A stretch of DNA of 63,782 nt, counting the filler, from Octopus bimaculoides (lineage: Eukaryota): the NCBI RefSeq assembly GCF_001194135.2. It is 9 parts of 7 records of this genome, joined end to end, with 100 filler letters (N's around TTAATTAATTAA, not from the genome) between each part and the next. Parts side by side here need not be neighbours in the genome. Positions count along the whole stretch, not along the records: positions 36,847 to 50,224 come from NC_068993.1; positions 50,325 to 55,170 come from NC_068996.1; 7 more parts are not named here. The stretch is one strand, 5' to 3'. Numbering within the stretch: position 1 is the stretch's first letter; each line of letters begins with the position of its first letter. Below are positions 38,985-52,917 of this stretch, piece by piece. The translations under genes and the position numbers were made by a program. The notes under the pieces were generated by a model. The model saw only the letters and a list, made by a program, of their open reading frames with translations. It made no database searches and was not told where the DNA came from.

Positions 38985-39574
38985 GTGAGGAAGAGAGAGG
39001 GAAAGAGAGAGATATCGTTTCAGTGAATGTGACTAGGGAAAGGAAGTTCTACAACGACAGTAGCGGCGTTCCTAATAGATGGAGCCTGAAGATTTAGTTA
39101 TGTAAGCTGAACAGGAAGACAAATTGTCGGAAAATAATTTTAGATAAATGGCAACTGTGCCAATAAGTGTACTGGCAACAACATGGATGTGACTGGCGTC
39201 ATTTGAGGAAGAAAGGAGGAAATAGAGAAGAGTAATCGACAACAATGGCAACGATAGTGACAACAAGAATATCAACAATTCCAACCAAATATTTACTACT
39301 GACACCAAGTTGTTTTTAAAGCGGAACGTGATCAGAATCCTACAGAATGAAATAGTATAGATAACGTCCGTAGGAAAGGACGGGGCATTAAAGACATTTT
39401 CCCTGAATGTACTGTGCTGTGATTAGACTTCATCGAATACACCCGAGCGTTTTTTATGCCATCATAAAAACTTAGATAACATAGATAAGTTTTGACCAAG
39501 GCTTGGCTCAGGCCATGTCTAACTTGGTAGCATCATCTGGTATGATTTGCTAAATCATTTTTGAGCCAAGTATA

Positions 39575-39790
39575 GTGGTATCACGGTCCATTCATGTAGG
39601 GAGTTCTTGTTGAGTGAGTTGTATCTAGGTATAGGTGGCTTGTCTGGTATCCCTTGAAGAAATTGGTTCAGATTCCGTTTAAAGGTGATGAGATAATTTT
39701 TCTCTTTGATTTGTTTTGAGCAATGTTAAATAGGGCTGAGCCTGTTGAAGGAAAGAAACTGTGTTGCGGTGTATTTATGTGCTGTGACCC
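39575..39790 (-). mobile_element. CR1/L2-group LINE ORF2 C-terminal remnant
   Basis: HSFFPSTGSALFNI, a frameshift, then FKRNLNQFLQGIPDKPPIPRYNSLNKNSLHEW, resembling the 'FK..LD.FL..IPD.P....Y.....NSL' LINE terminus. Confidence 0.6.
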
Positions 39791-40141
39791 CGAATTGTGT
39801 GGGGGATGTATATACAGAATTTCAAAATTTTAATGTTTATATTTTAGAGTAAAGCTTATTTAGTCCGTCTGTTTTAGCAGTCTGTTCTATACCTTCTTGT
39901 ATAGCCATACCTACATATCTTCTACACGCTTATCTATAAAGCCATACCTACATATCTTCCTGTATAGCCATACCAACAGAATCTTCTACACGCTTATCTC
40001 TTAATATATGTCTTCTATATATCAATCCACTGTGGATGTTTGAATCCCGTGCCCTAATTGCTGCGAGAAAGTTACTTAAATCAAAATTTGATCACGATAA
40101 ACTTCTGAAACTCAAACATGAAAATCCATCAACAGCAGCAG

Positions 40142-40201
<60 letters not shown>

Positions 40202-40789
40202 CCCAATCTGCACATTGTATGAGTTTGAAGTTACCATCTTGCATCTTCGCATAAACTGTAACGTCTTCGTAGAGTTCATCACGTCTCTTGTAATCGTCTT
40301 TTTCGAAGTTGTTATTATTCCTGGCATTTAACCTTTATGCACCGCCTCTCTTCTTTATCCAGGTAACATCTCAATTCTTTTATTTCTTATTTGTTTTAGT
40401 TTCCACGTCTTCACGCACTCTCCCCCGCCCTCTCTCTCTATCTTTCACTACTTATGTACTTCTTATTGCTCTCTTAACATAGCTGCATTTTTTTTTTCTT
40501 TCGCTCTTTCGGTTTTCTTTGTTTTTTTCATTCACGCTTGTCATCACAGAATATCTAAATTCTATTTTATACTCATCTTTACTTGTAGTCAAATGTCGCT
40601 TATCTTGTCATCAATTGTGTCTGATATATACATACATACATAGAAATACACGTATATACACAAAGATATGTGTGTATATATATATATGCGTGTGTGTGTG
40701 TGCGCGCGCATGTGTGTGTGTGTGCGCGCGCATGTGTGCGTGTGTGCATATATGAATGCAAGTATATATATATATATATACGCATTTAC

Positions 40790-40882
<93 letters not shown>

Positions 40883-40974
40883 TATACGTATTTATATATA
40901 TGTATGTATGTATACATATGTACATACATATATACGTATGTATATACATTTCCATACACAAACACATGCATACA

Positions 40975-41006
<32 letters not shown>

Positions 41007-41789
41007 CACATACATACATAACGTTTAGAACAAAAAGAAATACAAAAAATTACGAACAACCGAAGAACGGGATAAGCCACATCATTATATCTACATCTTT
41101 AATCTGTTTTATATTTTTAAATGGTTCCCCTTCTTCTCTGTCATTTGATATTTAATCTGTACATACATCCTGTTTTATTTAATGGCGTCCATTGTTTGTT
41201 ATTGACGATCAAATCAAATTGTCTATGATTGATGAAGGAAAGCTTCGTTTTATTTATTTTATTTATTATTTTTTCTTCAAGAAAAATAATACAAATAACA
41301 CTATACAAACCTTACCTCATGATGCGCTCATTCAATCAGATTATTGCTTCTATTCGTCAAATAATGCCTTAAGGAGATGTATATTATTAAGAAATTTATT
41401 GCAATATTCTCGTTTTAATGGTGGCCTAGCTCGTAGAGATCCAGACGAGGAGTTTATAATTATGATGCACTTTCGATACCCCGGTGAAGTAATTACGGTG
41501 ATAATGCCAGTGGAGAGGACATCAATGTCACCCTTTTCACACGTATATCAATAAAGTAAACGACTTAACGAAACGTTCTACGCAGTCTCATATGAAACAA
41601 TTGTTGCTTACACAGACAATATTCATATCTATTCATATATACGCCATCTTCTCTTGTAGGACATTTGTATCTCGTTATTTAATTTTATCATTTTTCTTGA
41701 GTCCTAGGATTCACAAGTTCGGTGACCCGGTTTCCATGGCGAGTAAGTAATCGAGATTACAATATTCCCTTTGAAGGAAACGCCGGTCC

Positions 41790-41990
41790 GTTGAAGGGTT
41801 TCAGGCCAGGAAATTTTAAGGGAGGGAAATAAAGCGATCAGATCGACCCTTGTACTTGACTGGTACTTTATTTTATGGACCTCGAATAGAGCAAAGTTGA
41901 ACTTGACCTCGGCTGGATTTCGACACAGAATGTCAAGGCCCGGAAGAAATGTCACTAAGCATTTTATCCGGCGTGCTAATCGTTCTGCTA
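41790..41990 (-). mobile_element. Family A SINE, diverged
   Basis: Similar to the other family A copies (TTGACCTCGGCTGGATTTCGACACAGAA...CACTAAGCATTT). Confidence 0.7.
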
Positions 41991-43044
41991 GTTCATCATT
42001 TTATGTATATTCAAACCAGTATTATTTTCGTAATGTCAAATTTTTTGAATGAAAATAATTATTAGAAATGAAACTACACCACTGTGTGTTTAATTTACAT
42101 TAGTGGTAATTCTTGGTTGGAAAACATAATGAAAGCATTCCAGTCACGACTTTCACGTCTTTTAGTCAGACATAGCGTAGAACATGCTATTTGTTTAAGT
42201 CGACAAAAACTTACTCATATAACACTTGAAGTTGTGCCTGCAGGAATATCATAGCTCCGTACAAGCACTATATTCAAACAATTTTTTTTTCATTTTATAT
42301 AGAATTTGTTCCACTTAAAAAATGGTAAACTGCGTTTACAGAGTGCTACTGATTGCCATTTCTAACAAGAAGACAGGCATCAAAAAAGTATCTTCACTTT
42401 TTACGCATTTTCTTTTGTTAACTATTATTCGATTCGTGACTTAAGTTAATAAGTGTAATAATTCAAAGACCAACCATCATCATACATTTTTTTTTTGAGT
42501 CGATGGTTATACAAACCCTTACAATACAAGATTCACGCAAAGCCTAAGGTAAACGTCGACCCACAAAATGAATGTCAAAGCGAAACAAATCTACAATAAA
42601 AAGGTAAATCATGGCATCATATCATTACGTCATTTTCTTCGTATTCTCACTTTACACACCTGGGCATTTTTTTCATCTGTTAGCAATTTCATCTTTCTCA
42701 CAATTTTTTCTGTCAATAAATAGAAAATATTAATACATTGGAGTGTCGCAATAAATGAGATTTAGGCTTCATTTTGTTCTCTTCAACGTTGTTCTTCGCT
42801 AAAACAATATGATGGAAACGTAAATTTTGCGTGGAACGTCAGAAATTTAATAGTTATTTTGATTTATTTATAGACATGCTGCAAATTTTATTTAATCGTT
42901 TGAATAAGCGGCAGTGTGAAACTCAGAGTAATAATTATAAAACTTCAAATTTTTCATCTTTTGCTATCTATCTACCTCTCTCTCTATATATATATATATA
43001 TGATTACATACAAATATATACATATACGTAAACGTATATGTATG

Positions 43045-43075
<31 letters not shown>

Positions 43076-43896
43076 NNNNNNNNNNNNNNNNNNNNNNNNN
43101 NNNNNNNNNNNNNNNNNNNNNNNNNNNNNNNNNNNNNNNNNNNNNNNNNNNNNNNNNNNNNNNNNNNNNNNNNNNNNNNNNNNNNNNNNNNNNNNNNNNN
43201 NNNNNNNNNNNNNNNNNNNTGTGTGTTGTGTAGAATGTATCTATATGGTATGAGTAAGAGAGAGTGAGGGAGCGAAAGAAAGAGAAAAAAGAAAATAAAG
43301 AAATAAGGAACAAAGAACGCAAGAAAGAGAAGAACGAGAGAAGATAGAGTAAATAGACCAAAGGTGTTCTCAAAAGACTTCTGCAAGTAAGAAATATTTA
43401 TACACGATGCATGCATAATTGAAATTCTTTTTTTAAACAAGACACCTTCACATTCCTTTCGCTCCTCTGGTTTTACCGTGTAAAATCTCAAAACGAACCT
43501 ACTTGATGTATGACCTTTGAAATAGGCTTCAATTTGGAAACGGTGAATGTGATAAAATTTCTAAAACGTATACAAAAATATTGATAATTTTATTTGCTCT
43601 TTTATTATTATCCAGCTGTGGGGTTTCTGATATTTCCATAGATTTAAGTGATTAACGTTTGTACCTCCAGGATTTATGCTGCTTTAAATACATCTGCTTT
43701 TACGCCATCTTTATTCTTGTTTTTTTTTTCCATCTCCATCATAATGTGTTTTTGTTCTTCCGTTTTATTTTCCTCCTTCTTATACTATTCTTCTCTTTCA
43801 ACATCTTAATCTTTTTTCCCCCTGTTTTGCATATTGTTACTTCTGTTGTTATTTTTGTTAATAGAGTTGCTGCTGCAGTTATTTTTGTTGTTATCA

Positions 43897-44043
43897 TTCT
43901 TCTTCTTCTTCTTCTTCTTCTTCTTCTTCTTCTTCTTCTTCTTCTTCTTCTTCTTCTTCTTCTTCTTCTTCTTCTTCTTCTTCTTCTTCTTCTTCTTCTT
44001 CTTCTTCTTCTTCTTCTTCTTCTTCTTCTTCTTCTTCTTCTTC
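43897..44043 (+). repeat. (TTC)n microsatellite, about 49 units
   Basis: Read directly from the sequence. Confidence 0.95.
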
Positions 44044-44594
44044 ATCATCATCATCATCATCATCATGTCTTTCTCGTTCTTACTATTTACTCTCGCCTTT
44101 TTATTTCTGTTTCTTTTTTCGTTTCTTTTTGCTTTCTACTCCGGATGCCACGAAATTTTTTTTAGTACCGCTATTTTGAGAAAATCATTATTAATATAGT
44201 CTTATTTGTGCCTTCATACATTGTTTTAAAGATCTTGCGGCGAAACATCTCAGGACGATATGTGCGGAAATACTTTCCACGTTCCGGCCCTGGTGATTAC
44301 GCAGCCTCTCTGCTAAATTGTCAAAGCACCATTTGTTTTTAAGTTTTATTTCGATGAAACAAAATCGTATAACTGTTGCCGAAAGCTGAACCCCGTGAAA
44401 AGATTATGTTCAAGTTTATCGGACGAGTTAAGCAGCAGTTAACGGAGATTATCTTCAATAACAGATAGCAGGGCTTTCTTAAGAGCATCATGAAAGTAAC
44501 ATATGTGATAGACTTCGTGTTTTTTATAAGCTTTTTATTGTGTGTGTTTATATGTGTATGTGTGTGTGTTTGTAAGTGTATGTGTGTGTAAGTG

Positions 44595-44642
<48 letters not shown>

Positions 44643-44959
44643 ATATACATGTCTGGTTGAAACTACTCCCACCATACACCCGTGAGCCATAAAATACAGC
44701 TGATTACAGTTAGTTGCTCTCAGGAATAAAGACAACCCGGGTCTTGTATAAATTTTCTGATTGGCCTCCGATGTCTAACCACCGTTTAGGCCGTTTCATG
44801 TCACATGTTGGAAATGAGATTTGATCACAACCCATACAGATTAGTAACAAGTCGTTCTAGCGGCCCTTTATAAATACTGTTAACAATACTATTATTATTA
44901 ACATTGTCATCAAAATTATTATTACTATAATTATTATTATTATTATTATCATCATCATC

Positions 44960-45001
<42 letters not shown>

Positions 45002-45957
45002 TATAATATGGCTATTATTACCTAGCCGATGATAACAATGCTACACTATGCGATCGCAGTAGCGGTGTTGAAGGCGACATTGTGTTATATTAAATACATT
45101 TGTTCGGTGGTCCTACTTTATTATTATTAGTGGCTAGCGAGAGTATGAATGAACGAGGCTCGTGAAAGAGATTTGTAATTGGATTATAGTGGCAACAATT
45201 CACATTATAATATTGGTATGGAGAACCATTATCAGGTTTCTGGAAGAAGGACAAAGGTGATTTTTTCCTCTCTTCAAATACCCCCCCTCTCATACTTGTC
45301 TTATCTTTCTCAGAATTCAATCATTTTTATTCCACTTCTTATATTTTTTAAAAATATCTTTTCATATTTCCGTGTCTGTCATCATAGAGATTAATATGAC
45401 AATACTATATCAAGAACAAACGGTCGGTTTTTTAACTCGTTCTACAGATATTTTTCTGCAAGAAGGCCTTTACCTTAATCTAAAATCTTACATCGTAATA
45501 TTAATCTTATAATATTATCTCACACGTTAGATAAACTCTTCCCCGTCACTACGCGACACTAAAAATATATCGCTTTTCCCCGCCGCCCATTTTCAATGCT
45601 TTTTCTCAACTGACACTTACTGATCGAGACTACCACTTGTCTCAGACAACTCTACTGATAATATTTAATTATATTAAAACCAATAACTATCATAGCTACC
45701 ATCTATTCAAGTCCGGCATACTTGTCGATAGTGAAAAACCGTGTTCCGCTATCGTTTCTCTGAAGCACTATATTTTAATTCGTTTCGGAATTTTTCTTTA
45801 AACGGTTACACGCATTATTTAAAGATATGTTAAAGGTTTAATTTCGAACAGTAAATTAGTTTAATGTTGGATGTACCCCTTCTATTCTACCAAACCCCGG
45901 CTAGAAATATCAATATGTTCGTCAAATTGTAACATAATATCTCAAAAGAACGCTAGA

Positions 45958-46005
<48 letters not shown>

Positions 46006-46141
46006 NNNNNNNNNNNNNNNNNNNNNNNNNNNNNNNNNNNNNNNNNNNATATATATGTAAAAGGTTGAAGAGGAACACACGAGTACATATATATGGAAAA
46101 AAGACAAAGTAGAAAATGCTAAAATACTTTTATAAAGGACA

Positions 46142-46183
46142 TTACAGAACCGGTTTCGATCCTTGAGATCTTTTCAACAGTAA
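46142..46183 (-). ncRNA. Candidate minimal type I hammerhead ribozyme with a U3-A8 core
   Basis: UUACUG | UUGAAAA | GAUC-ucaag-GAUC | GAA | ACCGGU | U^ | CUGUAA, folded by hand. Confidence 0.55.
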
Positions 46184-47319
46184 ATATGAATAATAGATTT
46201 TTGAAAAATTATTGAAAAATTAAATTTTGGTAAATTTAAAAGAAAAGTCTTTTTAAAGACATATTTGTATAGTATTCAAGTAACAGCGGCATTTTTCTTG
46301 TTTCTGCCTGTCTCTGTTTCACTTGTTAACTCTTGTGGGTTCGAAGAAGGCGTGCACAAGACCGGGGTTGAATTGATAAGACAGATTTTTTCTGGGGACA
46401 AAAATGTGCCACTTGTATGCCACAAAATACTGGACTTATTTAGTAAACACATTCAATTTTTCCTCCGAAAATTCCTAAGAAGCTATTGTGGGTAGAGTAC
46501 GCAGACATCTCGTCCAGAGAGGCCGATCAGAACCCATCGTCATTAGACTTTCCTGCAGGACTCGCGTGATCAACAAAGATTATGGACACTAGCCAATTAT
46601 CTCGTTCTCGCTCTATAGTTAGCGCTCCTGCCTGTCGGCTCGGCTTGAAGAATCCGTTTTCCTTCTTCCTGCGACACTTTCATTTATATACTACAAGAAT
46701 TTAAAATTGAGTGAACCGACGCATCACATTAATTCTACTTACAAAGCAAAGTTGAAACCGACGCTGTCCTGTGCTTCTACTATCTAACGTTATATATTTT
46801 ACAAAAGGCGCTTTTTAATTTTCTTTGTGCGCCATTTCCTCGCTGTAATTTATTTAACGGACCTACAGAAACGAAGTCGAGTAATCTTAACTCTAATTTT
46901 CTATCTCATTCGCCGATGAAATGACCATGATATCTACATTACAATGCTTTGTATTATAAATGCAATGAAGATTCTGAATCATGTCTTCAATGTATTGAGT
47001 CTGAGTTAACTGTACATATTATTAGCCGTGTAACATTCCTGTTTCATTTTATTTTTCGGCAGAGACGACTTTTCTTAGCTCATAGAATTGATGTCTTTTA
47101 ATAACACTCTCTGCCATTGTGGTGCACTTTGTCCATTACATGAAATGATATGGGAAACTAGATGTATTTTCAATTGATTTTTGTTCTGAGAATGTTCTAG
47201 CAAACAAGTACAGACAGACACAGTTTCTCGCGCGCACACACATATGCATGTGCGCACACACATTCACACACGCCCACACACATTAGATAAATATAAAGGT
47301 ATGTATGCTGGTAGATATA

Positions 47320-47350
<31 letters not shown>

Positions 47351-47656
47351 NNNNNNNNNNNNNNNNNNNNNNNNNNNNNNNNNNNNNNNNNNNNNNNNNN
47401 NNNNNNNNNNNNNNNNNNNNNNNNNNNNNNNNNNNNNNNNNNNNNNNNNNNNNNNNNNNNNNNNNNNNNNNNNNNNNNNNNNNNNNNNNNNNNNNNNNNN
47501 NNNNNNNNNNNNNNNNNNNNNNNNNNNNNNNNNNNNNNNNNNNNNNNNNNNNNNNNNNNNNNNNNNNNNNNNNNNNNNNNNNNNNNNNNNNNNNNNNNNN
47601 NNNNNNNNNNNNNNNNNNNNNNNNNNNNNNNNNNNNNNNNNNNNNNNNNNNNNNNN

Positions 47657-47688
<32 letters not shown>

Positions 47689-48612
47689 TATGCATACATG
47701 TATATGAGGAGAAATATATATGCATATGTGTATATGTACATGTATGTGTATATAGGTGAGTGTGTACTTGTATGTATATATGTGCGTGTGAGTGCATGTG
47801 TGCATGTGTGTACGTGTGTGCGTGTATGTATGTATGTCAGTATGTATGCATGCACGTATATATGTGTGCGTTCGTGTATGTATATATGTATGTATGCATG
47901 TATGTATGAATGTGTGTACGTGTATGTATGCAAGCATGTGCGTCTATGTATGTATGTATGTATGTATGTAGATATGTATGTACGCATGCTTGTATATATC
48001 TGTTCTGAATTATTTAACAATACTACTTTTTTTTTACCGCGAAACAATATCAAAAAACAAAATATCTAATTCAACACCATTAAATAGAGTCCCAGACTGT
48101 CTGATTGGAACGGTTTTACAGGTTTTATTCATTACCAGGAATTATAGACAATCGAATCCAAAAAACCCCAGTTCTGCTGACATAACAGGATTAATAAAAA
48201 TAATACATTCGATAAACAAACTTCACAAATAAGGCCCTAAACTGATTGCCGAAAATCTATAGTTCGTTTTACAAGCATTTTCCCGTTTGTAACTGTGGTA
48301 TTTTCTTTTATATAGACCATCTCTCTCTTTCTCTCTATCTATCTATCTCTTTATTTATCTCTCTATCTTAAAGACATCCATCGTTTGTAACGTCCATTGA
48401 CATTTTATGATATCTTGTTCTGGTTGTTTTTCATCGCTTCTCAGACTCCTTTTGTCCTTCCTTCAGTTACTGCTTAGCAACTTTACAATACTGCATTCTC
48501 ATTCATAATGTCTTTGTGTTTCTTTCTGATTCTCTTTTTCTCGCTTCTTATCGGTCACCATATACATTTCTAACTCCCTACCTAGTTATATGTATATATC
48601 TCTGCATGTGTG

Positions 48613-48669
<57 letters not shown>

Positions 48670-49223
48670 NNNNNNNNNNNNNNNNNNNNNNNNNNNNNNN
48701 NNNNNNNNNNNNNNNNNNNNNNNNNNNNNNNNNNNNNNNNNNNNNNNNNNNNNNNNNNNNNNNNNNNNNNNNNNNNNNNNNNNNNNNNNNNNNNNNNNNN
48801 NNNNNNNNNNNNNNNNNNNNNNNNNNNNNNNNNNNNNNNNNNNNNNNNNNNNNNNNNNNNNNNNNNNNNNNNNNNNNNNNNNNNNNNNNNNNNNNNNNNN
48901 NNNNNNNNNNNNNNNNNNNNNNNNNNNNNNNNNNNNNNNNNNNNNNNNNNNNNNNNNNNNNNNNNNNNNNNNNNNNNNNNNNNNNNNNNNNNNNNNNNNN
49001 NNNNNNNNNNNNNNNNNNNNNNNNNNNNNNNNNNNNNNNNNNNNNNNNNNNNNNNNNNNNNNNNNNNNNNNNNNNNNNNNNNNNNNNNNNNNNNNNNNNN
49101 NNNNNNNNNNNNNNNNNNNNNNNNNNNNNNNNNNNNNNNNNNNNNNNNNNNNNNNNNNNNNNNNNNNNNNNNNNNNNNNNNNNNNNNNNNNNNNNNNNNN
49201 NNNNNNNNNNNNNNNNNNNNNNN

Positions 49224-49284
<61 letters not shown>

Positions 49285-49434
49285 GCGCATATGTACGCAT
49301 GTGCATATACACACAGATATACTTATAACCAATCGCTCGCTATTGACTATGACCAGTGAATCATGGTTTTCGTCCACTGCCATTAAAAATTCCTTTTTAA
49401 ACTCACTTACTCAGAACAATCTCCAATTCTCTTT

Positions 49435-49481
<47 letters not shown>

Positions 49482-50012
49482 CTCTAGTTCTTTATTTCTC
49501 CTCCTCCATCTTTGACGCTCTTTCTCATTTCTTTACTCTGTTTCTCTCATCGATAAACATAGACGCTTCTCTGAACATTGTCTCTCTTTTATCTCCATAT
49601 TTTTCACAATCATTCTCTCCCTTTCTCTCCTTCTTTCTCTCCTCTCTCATATCTCCCGTTAGTTATCACGTCTTTCTTTCCTTTTCAACATCACTATCTA
49701 TCTCACTGATAGTATTTTATTTTTCCATCTTCATAATTTTCTTCTTTCCTTGCTTAGATTTTTTCTTTTTTTCGCTTTCTTCATCTTCCGTAATTTTCTC
49801 TCTTCATTNNNNNNNNNNTATATATATATATATCCATGTCCTCTATTTACAGATCATCATTATATGCCTTCGTCCCTCTGTGTCTGCTTCTTATATTTCT
49901 CTCTTTATCTATCATCAACTTATTCCGCATTCCTTTTTCTGTAATATTTTCGACAGCATCATATTTCTCTTTCTCGTTCTTTCTCGTTCTTTCTCTCTAA
50001 TTCACTTTCTCA

Positions 50013-50049
<37 letters not shown>

Positions 50050-50585
50050 ATTTGCTCTTTTACTTACTACATCTCTCACTCTTTCTTTTTATCTCCTTAT
50101 CTTCTCCGTTCATTCACATCCCTTTCCTCCTCTCCTTCAGCCCCCTTTATCCAGCATATCCCTTTATCCACATTATCCACCTCTAACTTCTCCATCACAT
50201 CTTACCTACTAAACCTCCCACCCCNNNNNNNNNNNNNNNNNNNNNNNNNNNNNNNNNNNNNNNNNNNNTTAATTAATTAANNNNNNNNNNNNNNNNNNNN
50301 NNNNNNNNNNNNNNNNNNNNNNNNTGTAAGAATGACGTTCCAGGTAGAAGGGATGAAATATAAAAGTTGCTAGAAACAACAGCCAACTCTCCCTTAAATC
50401 ACACAAAGTAAACGGAATTTTAAAAATCTAATTACTGCACTGGAAAGTTCACATCGAGAAAATTCCATTGATGTAAAAATTTTTACGAAAAAGTGGAAAA
50501 TGTGGATTTCTATAAACATTCAAAAAGGCTTCACACAAACACACAACTTCAGATTTATATATTAAGATATATATATATATATATA

Positions 50586-51369
50586 CTAGCAGAGATACCC
50601 GGCGTGCCCATGTTACATGCAATTGAAAAATGAGACTTTTCTGTTATATTTTCTGTAAGAAACTGGAATACATATGATTCGAATTTCATCAAAATTGCAC
50701 ATAAGGGTTCTTTCTCTCTTTACACACTCTAAAAAATTCTAATCATGAGACATGTATGCCATACTATTAATCTTTATGCGCATATTCTAAAACTTCAGTC
50801 TTCTGGAACCTGTAAAAAGGATTTTGCTCCTGCAAAATGGAGCTCATGGAGCCCTAAAATGTGGGAATGAAGGCCCGTATTGGGGGTGAGTGTGTTAATG
50901 TCAACCAGAGAAGTTGAATTGTTGGGAATGTTTTTAACTTGGGTCTTATAGTATGCCTGTATATATGTGAGAGTATTGTCTCACTTTAATAGTTTCATTA
51001 TGAAATTGAAAGTATTAAAGTGAAAATATTTGAAATTACAGTACCGACATGTTATTGTTTCACTTTTGACACGTAATACTGAAATAGTGGAGTGCGATCT
51101 TTCGGTACTAGTGCCAAAGCTGTCACTTAAATCACGTGTATTTATTTACATCACATCGGCCTTTTCCGTAAAAAGTGTTGGTTGGAAAGAGGAAAACGAT
51201 GTCGTAAAAGCGAAAGAGATAGAGAGAGCGCAATTTCTTTTGAAGTTGGCATGTGTGTGTGTGTGTGTGTGTGTAATGTTGCTGGTGTGTGTAGGTGTGT
51301 GAGAGAGAGAAAGAAAGAAAGAAAGACAGCTGAAATTATTTTTATTTCCTTTTTATAATGAGTATGCGA
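50586..51369 (-). mobile_element. Non-autonomous Helitron-like element
   Basis: Minus-strand 3' end reads GGGCACGCCGGGTATCTCTGCTAG|T (degenerate hairpin followed by CTAG). A 5'-like end TCGCATACTCATTATAAAAAGG lies near 51369. Confidence 0.55.
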
Positions 51370-51389
51370 GACAGAAAGTGTGGTGTGTA

Positions 51390-51612
51390 AAGGCGGCGAG
51401 CTGGCAGAAACGTTAGCACGCCGGGCGAAATGCTTAGCGGTATTTCGTCTGCCGTTACGTTCTGAGTTCAAATTCCGCCGAGGTCGACTTTACCTTTCAT
51501 CCTTTCGGGGTCGATAAATTAAGTACCTGTTACGCACTGGGGTCGTTACGCACTGTCTGTCATTTTTGGTGGTCCCCTCTATGTTTAGCCCCTTGTGGGC
51601 AATAAAGAAATA
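51390..51612 (+). mobile_element. Well-preserved family A SINE with probable TSD
   Basis: Clear A-box-like and B-box-like motifs. Flanks AGAAAGTGTGGTGTGTA (51373-51389) and AGAAAGTGGTGGTGTGTA (51613-51630). Confidence 0.88.
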
Positions 51613-51827
51613 AGAAAGTGGTGGTGTGTATGTGAAGTTCTTTTGTTAGTGTAAGAGAGAGAGGTTATGTATGTATGTATGAATGACTACAGTGACACAC
51701 ACGCATGTTGTTATGTATGTGTGTGTGTGTGAATGGATTCAGTGACATACATACATACTTACGTAAACCTATTGCATACATTTTTTTGTACGTATACATG
51801 TGTATGTGTGTGTAAGGGAGGGAGAGA

Positions 51828-51862
<35 letters not shown>

Positions 51863-51868
51863 TCAGTA

Positions 51869-52514
51869 GGCGGACGCACGCATACGCCCAAATCAATGGC
51901 AACCGAGATAAAATAACAAAGAACTCACCCATGTATAAATGTGTGTAAATTGTAAATGAGGTGGGGCAGGACTTTATTTATCTATCTAAACAGGACTTTA
52001 TTTATCTATCTAAACAAACAACCGACTGAATGAATGAAAATAGACAGACAGACAGACCGACAGGCAGACAGGACAAAACAGGACAGGACAGGACAGGACA
52101 GGAAAAAATAGGATTTTTAGTGTTTGTGAATGATCGTTCCTCCGAAACTCTGCTTCCCCTTATCAGAAAGTATATAAAACCAGGAACGACTGTCCATTTT
52201 GATTGATGGAGGATATACAAGGGAATAGCTGAAATTGATGTCGAACCACGATATTCCCATTTCAAAGTGAACCCTGAAGAAAACTTTGTGGATTCAGTAA
52301 CTAAAGCGCATACCAACTCAGTTGAATGTTACTGGAAAAATGCAAAAAGTAGATTCAAGAATATGATGGGAGTACACAACTCCCCCACTCCCCATTTACA
52401 GTTTACACATATTTACACGTGGAGAGTTTTATTCTTTTTTTTTTTTATCACGGGTGCCTCTGATTTGCCGTGTGCGTCCGTCTTCTGATTAGTGCGGGTG
52501 CGCGCGTCGGGTCC
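51869..52514 (+). mobile_element. Internally deleted Merlin (IS1016/IS1595-related) DNA transposon
   Basis: 52108-52380 reads IGFLVFVNDRSSETLLPLIRKYIKPGTTVHFD*WRIYKGI...KVNPEENFVDSVTKAHTNSVECYWKNAK. Imperfect TIR-like ends at 51869-51895 versus 52461-52482 and 52486-52514. Confidence 0.8.
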
Positions 52515-52917
52515 ACTCTTCTTAAGCAGTAATCAATCGACTACGTTTTCAGCAATCAATTTCCATGAAAAAGTTTCTACTTTTGTTTCCAGGATGTGTT
52601 GAAGGCGACAACAGCTCTGAAGTCGATAGAAAGTTAAAGAGACGGGTGCAAGAGCGTATGTACGTGTCTATGAAAGATAATGGGTGTACCTGTGTGCGTG
52701 TGCGTGTATATGAAAGATAATGGGTGTGTATGTGTGTGTGTGTATTTATGTATGTAAAGTGTATATGAAATATAATGTGTGTGTGTGTGTGTGTGTGTGT
52801 ATTTATGTATGTACGTGTATATGAAGATAATGGTGTGCGCTCAGGCGTATTCAATTAATGTATTTGTATTTACTCACACTGGCACAATCAATGTATTTAT
52901 GTGTATATGAAAGATTA

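Noticed and set aside
40200-40335. Minus-strand frame RLNARNNNNFEKDDYKRRDELYEDVTVYAKMQDGNFKLIQCADW
   Set aside because: It is short, preceded by a stop, lacks a credible acceptor or known motif, and runs into a microsatellite.
42215-42267. Minus-strand AG...GTAAGT-bounded 53-nt segment containing 'SYDI', resembling an SLCO 5' exon
   Set aside because: The context (LVRSYDIPAGTTSSVI) does not match the OATP 'SSYDI....FVSYFG' pattern, and it lies four synthetic joins away from the gene.
51390-51480. A-box and B-box motifs suggesting tRNA genes (also at 293, 10178, 55507)
   Set aside because: No cloverleaf could be built, and each continues into a SINE body and tail, often with a TSD.
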